A stretch of 64,000 nt of DNA, taken from assembly GCF_051105105.1 (NCBI RefSeq), contig NZ_CP185339.1; one strand, written 5' to 3'. A program made the translations under genes and the position numbers. The DNA comes from Nannocystis pusilla (GTDB lineage: Bacteria; Myxococcota_A; Polyangia; Nannocystales; Nannocystaceae). This document shows positions 21,012-32,414 of the stretch, piece by piece (position 1 is the first letter of the stretch; the number at the start of each line of letters is the position of its first letter). Under the pieces are notes generated by a model. It did not search any database, had not been told where the DNA came from, and worked only from the letters and a program-made list of their open reading frames with translations.

Positions 21012-21695
21012 ATGCGCCGGCTGCAGGTCGTGGGGCTCGTCGTGGTGGTGGGATGTTCGGGCGGACCGGCGTCGCCGGGGGCGAGCGAGGCGACCTCCGA
21101 GGCGACGGCCGGCACGGGCGAGACTGCGGCGACGACCGCGGGGTCGAGCTCGACGACGAGCGGCGATTCGACGACGGAGGCAGTACCGACGACGTCGACG
21201 GACTCGTCGTCGACGACTTCGGAGCCGGTGAACTACTGCCAGGGGTTCGAGCGCGACGCGCCGGCGCCGTTCTTCGAGCTGGCGGTGATGGGCGGGGCGC
21301 CGCTGGTCGACGGGGCGGTGCTTCCGCTCGAGTGCGGCGGGCAGGGCCTGTGGATGTTCGGGCTGTACCCGTCGCTCGGCGGCTTCGACCCCGGCGGGTA
21401 TCACCCGCAGGTGTCGGTGGTGGTCGACGTCGAGGGCTACAACATCGGGCCGACCGGACACTTCTACCAGCGCGACGGCGAGTCGTACTACATCGGCTGT
21501 GAGCAGCTCGACGGCGGGGTGACCGGGGTGATCCCGGTGTTCCCGCCCGACGAGCTGGCCAAGCTGGCGGAGGTCGACGGGCTGGCGGCGCAGGTCCACG
21601 TCGAGGTCGATACGCCCGACGGACCGCTGGCGGTCGACGCCCTGGTGACGCTGTCGGCGCCGCCCGAGCTGGTGGAGCTCGGGTGCGTGCTTTGA
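21012..21695 (+). CDS. Hypothetical lipoprotein with a Ser/Thr-rich linker
   Basis: LVVVVGCSGG lipobox and a T/S-rich segment, followed by a globular C-terminal domain. Confidence 0.55.
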   Translation: MRRLQVVGLVVVVGCSGGPASPGASEATSEATAGTGETAATTAGSSSTTSGDSTTEAVPTTSTDSSSTTSEPVNYCQGFERDAPAPFFELAVMGGAPLVDGAVLPLECGGQGLWMFGLYPSLGGFDPGGYHPQVSVVVDVEGYNIGPTGHFYQRDGESYYIGCEQLDGGVTGVIPVFPPDELAKLAEVDGLAAQVHVEVDTPDGPLAVDALVTLSAPPELVELGCVL

Positions 21696-21704
21696 GGCGG
21701 TCTC

Positions 21705-21775
21705 AGGGACATGTTCTTGCGGGCATGTTCATGAGGGCATGGCCTCAGGGGCATGGCGCATGGGACATGTCCGAT
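21705..21775. repeat. 14-bp-phased GGGCATG/GGACATG array (5 units)
   Basis: Cores at 21710, 21724, 21738, 21752 and 21766. Confidence 0.85.
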
Positions 21776-22392
21776 CAGCGGTAGAGGGCGCGCTGGTGGA
21801 GGCGGGCCTCGAGGGCCGGCCAGAAGTCGCGGCGCCAGCGGTCGGTCCAGGCCCGCTGGGCGAGGGCGCGCCGGTGCTCGGGGATCACGACCAGGAGCAG
21901 CAGGACGCTGACGAAGAAGGCGCTGGTCATGAGGCCGATGAAGGCGAGCACCCACAGGTCGCCGGTGACGAGGAACAGGGCGAGGATCATGGCCGCGCCG
22001 AACACGATCTCGCCCCAGAAGTAGGAGTCGCCATGCCACCACGGGCTGTCGGCGAAGGAGCCGCCGGCGGGGCGGATCTGCAGGCCCACGGAGGTGCCGC
22101 TGTCGGTCGCCACGGCGGTGATGTCGACCCAGAGGCCGATGTCGCTGGCGTCGAGGTGCCAGTGCAGGCCGGCAGCCGACGAGCGGTCGCGCAGCTCGAG
22201 GCTCCCGGCCAGCGACTCGAGGGCGTCCATCACCACCGGGAGCTCGGCGTCGCAGGGCCGCCACTCGCAGTCGGAGGCGCCGGGCGCGGGCGCAGCGGGA
22301 CGGCCGGGCTCGTGGTGGGCGAGCGCGTCCGGGGGGGACCTGACGAGGGCGCTGCCCGGGCTCGGCAGCTGGGGGACGGTCTTCTTCCGCAT
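21775..22392 (-). CDS. Hypothetical membrane protein
   Basis: C-terminal hydrophobic segments IVFGAAMILALFLVTGDLWVLAFIGLMTSAFFVSVLLLLVVI. The start is uncertain (ATG 22392). Confidence 0.45.
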   Translation of the reverse strand: MRKKTVPQLPSPGSALVRSPPDALAHHEPGRPAAPAPGASDCEWRPCDAELPVVMDALESLAGSLELRDRSSAAGLHWHLDASDIGLWVDITAVATDSGTSVGLQIRPAGGSFADSPWWHGDSYFWGEIVFGAAMILALFLVTGDLWVLAFIGLMTSAFFVSVLLLLVVIPEHRRALAQRAWTDRWRRDFWPALEARLHQRALYR

Positions 22393-22472
22393 CGCGGTGG
22401 GCGGCGAACGGGAGGTCGCAGCGCTCGCTCGAGGATAGGCGGTCCGGGGCGGCGACACGAGCGCGGGACTGT

Positions 22473-25400
22473 TCATCCGGCCTGATCGGTCGCCGCGGCG
22501 GGGGCCGGGCAGTCGGCCGCGGCCGCGTCGGGCGGGATCAGGGGCAGCCACATGCGCACGACGGTGCCGCGACCGAGCTCGCTGTCGATGCGGATGGTGC
22601 CGCCGTGGGCGCGGACGAACTTCTGCGCCATCGACAGGCCGAGGCCGGTGCCCTTGCCCGGCGGCTTGGTGGTGTAAAACGGCTCGAACACGTGCGGGAG
22701 GTCGTGGGCGGCGATGCCGACGCCGCTGTCGCGGATGACGATCTCGGCGCCCTCGCGGCCGTCGCCGTCGGGCGCGCCGCGGGCCTCGATCTCGATCGCG
22801 CCGCCGGGGCCGGTGGCGTCCGCGGCGTTGCCGAACACGTTGAGGAGGGCGGACTCGAGCGAGGGGCGGTGGACCACCAGCGCGGGCAGCGAGGCGCCGG
22901 TGAAGCCGGCGATCAGGCGGACGCCGCGCTCGTCGGCCTCGGGCCGGACGAGCTCCACCAGCCAGCGGAGCACCTGGGCGAGCTCGCAGCGCTCGGCGCT
23001 GGGCGGGCGCCGGCGGGTGTAGGCGAGCAGGGCGTCGACGAGGGCGGCGCAGCGCTGCGAGTGACGCTCGATCCGCTCGAGGGCGCGGCGCACGAACGGG
23101 TCGCGGGGGCTGCGGCGCAGCAGCATCTGCGCGCTCATGCGGATCACCGCGACCGGGTTGTTGAGCTCGTGCGACAGGCCGGCCACGAGGGCGCCGACGG
23201 CCGCCATCTTGCTCGACTGGACGAGCTGCTCCTGGGCGTCCTGGAGGGCGAGCAGGGCCTGCTCGAGCGCCTGCTTCTGGCGCACGACCTCGAGGTGGGT
23301 GCGGTGCAGGCGGAGGGCGGCGCGGACGCGCGAGCGCAGCTCGACGGCGGCGAACGGCTTGGGCAAGTAGTCGTCAGCGCCGACGTCGAGGCCGCGCGCG
23401 GTCTCCTCGCGGCTGGCCTTGGCGCTGAGGAGGACGACGGGGACGTGGCGCAGGTCGTCGTCGCGCTTGAGCCGCGTGACGAGCTCGTAGCCGTCCATCT
23501 GCGGCATCATGACGTCGGCGAGGATGACGTTGGGCGGGCGAGCGCGGGCGGCCTGCAGGGCGTCGACGCCGTTGGCGGTCAGCTCGACGGCGTAGTCGGG
23601 GCCGAGGACCGCGGCGATGTAGGCGCGCATGTCGGGGTTGTCGTCGGCGACGAGGAGGCGCGGCAGGTCGGGGGCAGGCTCGGGGCGGGCTTCGTCGACG
23701 ACGACGTCGAAGCGACCGCGGCGAGCGAGGGCGGGCTCGCGCGCGGCGGCGAGGCCGACGAGGCGGTCGGCGTCGATCGGGAGGTCGACGACGAAGCTGG
23801 CGCCCTCGCCGAGGGCGCTGTGGAGCTCGACGACGCCGCCGAGCTCCGCGGCGAACTCGCGCACGATCGCCAGGCCGAGGCCGGTGCCCTCGTGCTTGCG
23901 GCTGATCGAGCTGTCGAGCTGCTCGAAGCGCTGAAACACCCGCTCGTGCTCCCCGGGGGCGATGCCGGGGCCGGTGTCGCGGACGGTGAGGCGCAGCCGC
24001 CCGCGATCGCCTTCGAGGGCGACGGTGACGGTGCCCCCCGCGGGGGTGAACTTGAGGGCGTTGCCGAGGAGGTTGAGCAGGATCTTCTCGAACATGCGCC
24101 GGTCGAGCGGGACGACGCCGAGGTCGTCCGCCAGCGCGTGCTGCAGATCGATGCCGGCGGCCTGGGCGGCCGGCTCGGCGTCGAGGACGATGTCGAGCAC
24201 GAGGGCGTGGAGGTCGACCGGCTCCCAGGTGGGCCGCAGCTTGCCGGCCTCGAGCTTTTGATAGTCGAGGATGTCGTCGACGAGCCGGCCGAGCCGCGAG
24301 GCGTTGCGCCACATGCGGGTCAGGGCGGCCCGCGCCTGCTCGCCGCGCAGGTCGTCGGCGCCGGCGAGCAGCGACTCGAGCGGGCCGAGGATCAGCGCGA
24401 GCGGGGTCCGCAGCTCGTGGCTGATGGTGGTGAGGAACTCGCTCTTGGCCCGCAGCGCGGCGTCGGCGGCCTCCTTGGCCCGCTGCAGCTCGATCTCCAT
24501 GCGCTTGCGCTCGGTGATGTCGACGTGGATGCCGAGGAGGCCGGTGACCTCGCCGCTGTCGTCGCGGATCGGGACCTTGCTGGTCAAGAGGTACGAGTCA
24601 GTGCCGTTGGACAGGCGCAGCGGCTCCTCGATGTTGAGGATCGGGACGCCGCTCCGCATGACCTTGTCGTCCATCATGCGGAAGAAATCGGCCTCCTCGC
24701 GCGAGGCGACGACTTCGTAGTCGGTCTTGCCGATCACCTCCTCGAGGCAGGTGAAGCGGGTGCTCTGGAGGAAGTGCTGGTTGCAGCCGAGGTAGCGCGA
24801 GTCGCGGTCCTTCCAGAAGATCGACTGCGGGACGTTGGCCAGCACGTACTTGAACACCGCCTGCTGGCTGGCGTAGCGGGCGATCGTCCGCTCGCGCTCG
24901 GTGACGTCGAGGGCGACGCCGATGAAGCCGTGCACCTCGCCGCTGGCGCGGATCGGGCTGTAGTGGGCCTCGTAGATCACGCCGCGCAGGGCGCCGACCG
25001 CCGTCAACGATTCGCCGGCGAGCGCCCGGCGGGCGGCGTCGATCACCCATGGGATGTCGGCATAGCTCTCGAAGATCGAGCGGCCGACGTCGTCGCCGGG
25101 GTGCGGGCGCAGCGGGCTGATGCCGTGGGGCTCGTTCAAGGTGAGGACGCCGCGGGCGTCGCAGGCGAACAGCACGACCGGGGCGTGGCTGAGGAGCGCG
25201 CGGAGGTGCTGGTCCGACTTCAGGTCGGGAGCGACGAGCGGCGCGGGCTCGGGGCGGAGGACGATCCAGGCGCCATCCGGACGCGGGACGACGCGCACCG
25301 CGAGCCGGGCGCCGCGACCGTCGTCGATGCAGAAGCGGGTCTCGTCGGCGCCTCGACAGGCCTGCTCGAGCGCGGAGTCGGGCAGCAGGCTGGCGAGGTC

Positions 25401-25505
25401 GCGGCCGATCAGGGCGGCGCGCGAGGCCCCGAGCAAGCGCTCGGCCGCGGCGTTGGCGGCCTCGACGGCGCCGCCCGGCGAGACGACGAGGAGCGCGTCG
25501 TCCAT
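22473..25505 (-). CDS. Hybrid sensor histidine kinase (PAS-PAS-HisKA-HATPase-REC-HisKA-HATPase)
   Basis: First H-box ISHELRTPL, with GTGLGLAIV in the first HATPase. Receiver domain LLVADDNPDMRAY...DVMMPQMDG...KPF. Second H-box LSHELNNPV, with GTGLGLSMAQKFV in the second HATPase. The start is assigned to ATG 25505 at the first PAS-like segment. Confidence 0.8.
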   Translation of the reverse strand: MDDALLVVSPGGAVEAANAAAERLLGASRAALIGRDLASLLPDSALEQACRGADETRFCIDDGRGARLAVRVVPRPDGAWIVLRPEPAPLVAPDLKSDQHLRALLSHAPVVLFACDARGVLTLNEPHGISPLRPHPGDDVGRSIFESYADIPWVIDAARRALAGESLTAVGALRGVIYEAHYSPIRASGEVHGFIGVALDVTERERTIARYASQQAVFKYVLANVPQSIFWKDRDSRYLGCNQHFLQSTRFTCLEEVIGKTDYEVVASREEADFFRMMDDKVMRSGVPILNIEEPLRLSNGTDSYLLTSKVPIRDDSGEVTGLLGIHVDITERKRMEIELQRAKEAADAALRAKSEFLTTISHELRTPLALILGPLESLLAGADDLRGEQARAALTRMWRNASRLGRLVDDILDYQKLEAGKLRPTWEPVDLHALVLDIVLDAEPAAQAAGIDLQHALADDLGVVPLDRRMFEKILLNLLGNALKFTPAGGTVTVALEGDRGRLRLTVRDTGPGIAPGEHERVFQRFEQLDSSISRKHEGTGLGLAIVREFAAELGGVVELHSALGEGASFVVDLPIDADRLVGLAAAREPALARRGRFDVVVDEARPEPAPDLPRLLVADDNPDMRAYIAAVLGPDYAVELTANGVDALQAARARPPNVILADVMMPQMDGYELVTRLKRDDDLRHVPVVLLSAKASREETARGLDVGADDYLPKPFAAVELRSRVRAALRLHRTHLEVVRQKQALEQALLALQDAQEQLVQSSKMAAVGALVAGLSHELNNPVAVIRMSAQMLLRRSPRDPFVRRALERIERHSQRCAALVDALLAYTRRRPPSAERCELAQVLRWLVELVRPEADERGVRLIAGFTGASLPALVVHRPSLESALLNVFGNAADATGPGGAIEIEARGAPDGDGREGAEIVIRDSGVGIAAHDLPHVFEPFYTTKPPGKGTGLGLSMAQKFVRAHGGTIRIDSELGRGTVVRMWLPLIPPDAAAADCPAPAAATDQAG

Positions 25506-25794
25506 CAACTCGGTGAACTCGGCCCCCGGCAGCACGCTCGCCAAGAATACGTGAGGCGGGCAGGTTGTTCGAAGCCAGCGAACAGGAACGAGGCCGATCG
25601 CGCGCGGGTCCTCGCGGCCGCGACGCCGAGCGGCTGGCGGGCCCGCCGCCCCCGTCCCGCCCGCACGGAACCACGCTCGGCGAGGTCGCGGCCCCCATCG
25701 GCTGCAGACGGCGAGGTCGATGGCGTCGGGCGCGACGAGATCGGTGGCCGCAGGTCGCGGAGCAGTCGGATGGCCTTGGCGACATGCTCGAAGA

Positions 25795-25830
25795 GATATG
25801 TGCATGAGGACATGTCGCCGAGGGCATGTA
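25795..25830. repeat. GCATG / GGACATGTCG / GGGCATGT repeat cluster
   Basis: The sequence atgtgcatgaggacatgtcgccgagggcatgta lies in the divergent intergenic region upstream of the kinase. Confidence 0.7.
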
Positions 25831-26122
25831 TCGAAGGGCGAACCCGTCAGGGGGAGCGGCGGGCGCGGCACAAGGGAGCGGCGCGGGCTGCTCAGTGGCG
25901 GCCCGGGGCCTGAGCGCCGGTGCGAGGCGGGCCGAAGCGGGGGCGCGAGCCGGGGATGAAGTGGGAGGATGTCGGGGCGGAGGCGCCGGCGGGTCGTCCG
26001 CCGGTGGTGAGGCGGCAGGGGCGGACTGGCACGAGCGGAGAGCCTCGATAGCCTTGGCCCAGGCGCTGGCGACGTCGCGGGGCGAGGCGCGAGCGCGAGG
26101 TGGCCGGGGAGGAGGCCGGGCC

Positions 26123-26506
26123 ATGGAGCTTCGTCGCTGTCGTCGCGGGTTCGTGTTCGTCGGACTGCTGCCATTGATGGTCTCGCCGGGCTGCGAGGAG
26201 GTGCAGACATTCGTCGACGAGGCGGACGAATGGGACGGAACGGCGACGAGCGAGCTCGACGAGGCGGAGCCGGCGGCCCCACGCGGCGGCAGCTCGACGC
26301 AGTCGCAGCACGGCCTGACGTGCAGCAACCGCTGGGCCGACGATTGGGGGGCCACGAACTGCGGCGGCACGCCCGGGGTGAAGTGGCGCCTGAAGGTGGT
26401 CTGCTGGTGGCACGGCGAGCGCCTGGGGCCGTGGCGGTCCGGTCCAGGAGCCGACCGCATCACGTGCAGCTTCGGCGCGTCGCGCTCGATGGTGTTGTGG
26501 GGCTGA
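26123..26506 (+). CDS. Small secreted lipoprotein (127 aa), hypothetical
   Basis: GGAGG RBS, signal FVFVGLLPLMVSPGC, and a Cys/Trp-rich mature part. Confidence 0.45.
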   Translation: MELRRCRRGFVFVGLLPLMVSPGCEEVQTFVDEADEWDGTATSELDEAEPAAPRGGSSTQSQHGLTCSNRWADDWGATNCGGTPGVKWRLKVVCWWHGERLGPWRSGPGADRITCSFGASRSMVLWG

Positions 26507-26585
26507 TCCGCGCCCGCGTCGGAGGCGGTCGCGCAGGCGGGCGAGCGGCCTGGTTGCGCGCCCGGCCGGCGGTTACCATGCGCCG

Positions 26586-28281
<1,696 letters not shown>

Positions 28282-28751
28282 CGCGCGGGCGAGGATAGCA
28301 AGGAGGGCCGTGCTCGGGGTTTCAGGAGCGGGCGGGATGGTTGGGTCGACAGGGACACCGGGTGGCGGGCGGGGCGCCGACCGCCGATTGCCTGCGGCTG
28401 GCGGAGCTGCTCGAAGAGCCAGGTCATCCGAAGAGCATCGCGGCGACCATGAGAGGCGAATGCTCGGATTGTCCTCCGAGCAATGAGCGTTCGGTGCGAT
28501 CGCGTCCGGTGCTCGGATGATTGCTCGATGGGGCAATCAATAGAGTGCGTGATGGCGGCCGGGGTGAATCTCCGAGGTCGCGGTGCAGGTCGATGCACCG
28601 TTCGAGCAGAGGCGTGGTCGGAGCAGTCCGGGAGAATATCGTCTCGGCGAATCGCGGCAGCCGAGATGCTGCCATTCGCCGCGAATGGCCGCGGAGTCGA
28701 CCTGCGCGTCGAATCGCGCGTAGAAGGCTCTCGTCGCCGCCCCCGGGGCGA

Positions 28752-30194
28752 TCAGCCGGGCGGGGGGGTGACGCTCTTGAGCTGGCCGCCGGTCATGTCG
28801 GAGTAGACGTAGTGGTCGCCGGCGACGGGGATGTTCTGCATGGCCGGGACGTTCTGCGGGTCGATCTTCCACGCCCAGCCGGCCTGGTCGACCAGCCACA
28901 CGAAGCCGTCGACGTCGACGCTGACGCCGATCGGGGTCGAGCACTGGGCGAGGGTGTGCTGGGCGACGAGGGTGCGGGTGGGGACGTTGATCTCGACGAG
29001 GCCGCAGGGGCTGTTGGAGGCGACCCAGGCGTGGTCGTCGTGGTCGATGGCCATGCCGCGGTGGCAGGCGTTGGTGCCGGCGACCGAGATCCACTGGCTG
29101 GTGGCGACGTCGTAGGTCGAGACCGGGCCCTGGCAGCCGGCGAGCCACGGGTTGCCGTTGCGGTCGACGGTCATGCCGTAGGTCTGGATGTTGGAGGGCT
29201 GGGGGATCCGCGTGAGGCTGATCGGGTTCTCGTTGGCGTTGACGCGCGCGAGCTCGCCGCGCAAGCCGGTGAACCAGGCGTTGCCCAGCGGGTCGAGGGC
29301 GCCGCCGTAGGGGGCGTAGCCGCTGCCGTTCCAGGCCACGGCCTCGATCGACTGCTCCATCACGCCGGTGGCGCCGTCGAGCCGGACCATGTTGGCAGAG
29401 CCGGCCTGGAGGGCGCCGAAGCCGAGCCAGACCTTCTGGTTCTTGTACGTGCAGGTGGCCTTGTCGTAGTCGCCGATGGTCCAGGTGATGCCGCGCGGAC
29501 CCTCGATGTACTGGCCCGACCAGTTGGCGTGGACGATGGTCCACACGACGCACTCGTCGGTGCCCCACGGCAGGATGTCGGCGACGCTGGTGGAGGTGGT
29601 GATCTGGCCGTCGCCGTTGAAGTCGATGCAATCGGAGATGTTGGCGGCGACGGCGGTGGAGCGCCCGGTGCCGCGCGCGTTGACGACGACGAACCGACCG
29701 TCGCCCGAGACGGCCGTGCGAGAGACGCTCTCGGTGGCGCCGCTCGGACCGGTGAGGTAGCGCGCCTCCTCGACGAGGGTGCGCGTGTTGATCTTGGAGA
29801 CGAGGCCGTCGCTGGTGGCGGGGATCCAGATGAAGCTCTCGTCGATGTCCATGTCGCCGGCGCAGCCCGTGCCGCCGTCCGGGGTGACGCCGAGGTCGAA
29901 CTTGGGGCCGCCGTTGGTGGTCGGACCCGACATCGAAGCATTGGTGGTGGTCGGCGGGTCGCCGCTGGCGCTCTCGGTCTGACCGACGGTGCCGTCGGTG
30001 CCCTCGCTGGCGCTCATCGAACCGCCCTGCGTCGGGTCGGTCATGGTGGTCTCGGGCAACGTGAGGCTGCCGATGCTGGTCGCCACGGTGGTCGGCGCCG
30101 TGGCGCTGGCCGAGTCGGCGCGCCCGCTGTCACCGCAGGCGACGAGGAGACCGGCGACGGCCATGGATGCGACCGAGAGACGAGGGGAGACCAT
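28752..30194 (-). CDS. Secreted lipoprotein with repeated beta-propeller-like blades
   Basis: Lipobox LLVACGD and a Thr-rich linker. Recurring GNAWFTG, GNPWLAG and GFVWLVD blade-like motifs. Confidence 0.6.
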   Translation of the reverse strand: MVSPRLSVASMAVAGLLVACGDSGRADSASATAPTTVATSIGSLTLPETTMTDPTQGGSMSASEGTDGTVGQTESASGDPPTTTNASMSGPTTNGGPKFDLGVTPDGGTGCAGDMDIDESFIWIPATSDGLVSKINTRTLVEEARYLTGPSGATESVSRTAVSGDGRFVVVNARGTGRSTAVAANISDCIDFNGDGQITTSTSVADILPWGTDECVVWTIVHANWSGQYIEGPRGITWTIGDYDKATCTYKNQKVWLGFGALQAGSANMVRLDGATGVMEQSIEAVAWNGSGYAPYGGALDPLGNAWFTGLRGELARVNANENPISLTRIPQPSNIQTYGMTVDRNGNPWLAGCQGPVSTYDVATSQWISVAGTNACHRGMAIDHDDHAWVASNSPCGLVEINVPTRTLVAQHTLAQCSTPIGVSVDVDGFVWLVDQAGWAWKIDPQNVPAMQNIPVAGDHYVYSDMTGGQLKSVTPPPG

Positions 30195-30782
30195 GGGGCG
30201 ATGAACGCACGATCACCCTCATGAGGGCAAGTACCCGACCGAACCGATCGAGACGGGGATGTTCGGATCCATCGTCGGGGGAGCGCCGAGGGGCCTCGCA
30301 TGCGGGGGTCCCGATGTCGCGTCACCGACGCGCTCGCGACGAGCATGTGTCCGGCACGAGGAGCGAGACGAGAGGCGGGGTCGCCAGGCGACTTGCGCAG
30401 GCGAATGCGCGGAGGGCCGGGGCGCGGGCGAATGCGAGGAGAGGCCGCGAGAGGGCGACAGGAGGGCTTGCGGCGAGGTCCGCGGAGAGTCCGGGCGGCG
30501 GTGGTGATTGCAGGGAGGATGGAGGGTCGATGCATTGCGAGCCGGCGCGGGGGACCGGCGTCGGCAGCGCGGCCGCACGCGGGGATCTCCGCAGGGGCTG
30601 CCCACCGGCGTGGGTCGCGCGCAGGGCGACGGCCCTGGCGTCGGTCCGGGGGCCGTCGGGGCCGGACGACCCGGGGAGCGCCGCCGGGCAGGGGATCCTC
30701 CGCGCGGCGCGGGTCCGCGGGCGGCTGCAGGGGCGTGCATTTCGGGCGCGGCGCCGCGGGCGGGATGGGTATCATCGCGCCG

Positions 30783-32414
30783 ATGTCGAGCTCTCGCCGC
30801 TCCTTCCTCGCGCTCACGGGGCTCTGTGGGGCCGAGGCGCTGCTCCACGGCTCGCGCGCGGCCTGGGCCGGTCCGCCGCCGAGCCGGATCCCGGCGCCGA
30901 AGTCGGCGCCCGCGAGCGCAGACGCGGGCATGGCCCTGCTGGCCGCGAGCCGCTTGCTGGCCGACGAGCATCTGCTGCGCACGGCGCTCGAGGCGGCGAC
31001 GAAGGCGGGGGCGAGCTACGCCGACGCGCGCCTGGTGCTGATGCGCCGCGAGCGGGTCGGCGTGCGCGACGACCACGTGAGCGGGATCGGTCGCAGCGAG
31101 GACTACGGGGTCGGTCTGCGGGTGATCGCGGACGGCGGCTGGGGCTTCGCGGCGACGGCGGAGCGCAGCGCGAAGGCGGTCGAGGGGATCGCGAAGGCGG
31201 CGGTGGCGATGGCCCGCCAGAGCGCGCTGCTGATGCCGCAGCCGGTGACGCTGGCGCCGGCGCCGGTGCTGCAGGGCGGCTGGGTGTCGCCGTTCCAGGT
31301 CGACCCGTTCTCGATCGCGCCGGCCGAGAAGGCGGAGCTGCTGCTGGCGGCGGCCCGCGCGGCGCTGGCGGTGCCCGGGGTGGCCCACGTGGACGCGAGC
31401 GTGGCGTGCGTGCGCGAGGAGAAGCTGGTGATGACGAGCGAGGGCTCGCGGGTGCACCAGATCTTCTTCCGCGTGGTTCCAGGGCTGACGGCGACGGCGA
31501 TCGATCGCCGGCGCGGTCGCTTCGCGGGGCGCGACCACGAGGTGGCGGCGATGCTGGCGGGCTGGGAGCACGTGACCGCGGCGGACCTGGTCGGCAGCGC
31601 GCCGAAGATCGCCGAGGAGGCGCTGCAGAAGCTGCACGCGGCGCCGGCGGTGCCGGGCAAAAAGCACGCGATCCTGGCGCCGTCGAACCTGTGGCTGACG
31701 ATCCACGAGAGCATCGGCCACTCGACGGAGCTCGACCGGGCGCTCGGCTACGAGGCGAACTACGCCGGCACGAGCTTCCTTCAGCCCGACAAGGCGGGCA
31801 AGGTCAAGATCGGCAGCGAGATCGTGAACCTCGCGGCCGACCGCACGCAGCCGGGCGGTCTGGCGACGACCGCGTGGGACGACGAGGCGGTGGCGTCGCA
31901 GCGCTGGGACCTGGTGAAGAAGGGGACGTTCGTCGGCTGGCAGACGACGCGCGATCTGGCGGCGGCGGCCGGCGAGCCGGCGAGCCGCGGCTGCAGCTAC
32001 GCCGACAGCTACGCGAGCGTGCCGTTCCAGCGCATGCCGAACGTGAGCCTGCAGCCGGGCAGCGAGGGCTACACGACGGAGGACCTGATCTCGGCGACCG
32101 ACGACGGGGTGCTGATCACGGGCCGCGGCAGCTGGTCGATCGACCAGCAGCGCTACAACTTCCAGTTCTCGGGCCAGTTCTTCTGGGAGATCAAGCACGG
32201 GCGGTTGACGCGGCCGCTGCGAGACGTGGCGTATCAGGCCAACACGGTCGAATTCTGGAGCTCGTGTGACATGCTCGGAGGGACAGACACGTACCGCCTC
32301 GGCGGCAGCATGAGCGACGGCAAGGGCGAGCCGTCGCAGAGCAACGCGGTCAGCCACGGGTGCCCGCCGGCGCGCTTCGTCGTCAACATCCTCAACACCG
32401 GGGGTGACAAGTGA
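30783..32414 (+). CDS. tldD: TldD family metallopeptidase (peptidase U62) with a Tat-type signal
   Basis: Twin-arginine signal MSSSRRSFLALTG. TldD/PmbA core motifs HESIGHSTELDR and GxC-type segments. About 543 aa. Confidence 0.85.
   Translation: MSSSRRSFLALTGLCGAEALLHGSRAAWAGPPPSRIPAPKSAPASADAGMALLAASRLLADEHLLRTALEAATKAGASYADARLVLMRRERVGVRDDHVSGIGRSEDYGVGLRVIADGGWGFAATAERSAKAVEGIAKAAVAMARQSALLMPQPVTLAPAPVLQGGWVSPFQVDPFSIAPAEKAELLLAAARAALAVPGVAHVDASVACVREEKLVMTSEGSRVHQIFFRVVPGLTATAIDRRRGRFAGRDHEVAAMLAGWEHVTAADLVGSAPKIAEEALQKLHAAPAVPGKKHAILAPSNLWLTIHESIGHSTELDRALGYEANYAGTSFLQPDKAGKVKIGSEIVNLAADRTQPGGLATTAWDDEAVASQRWDLVKKGTFVGWQTTRDLAAAAGEPASRGCSYADSYASVPFQRMPNVSLQPGSEGYTTEDLISATDDGVLITGRGSWSIDQQRYNFQFSGQFFWEIKHGRLTRPLRDVAYQANTVEFWSSCDMLGGTDTYRLGGSMSDGKGEPSQSNAVSHGCPPARFVVNILNTGGDK

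Noticed and set aside
22605-25913. 1102-aa plus-strand ORF antisense to the hybrid histidine kinase
   Set aside because: It has no recognisable motifs and a GC-driven R/G/A/E composition. The minus strand encodes well-conserved HK/REC domains.
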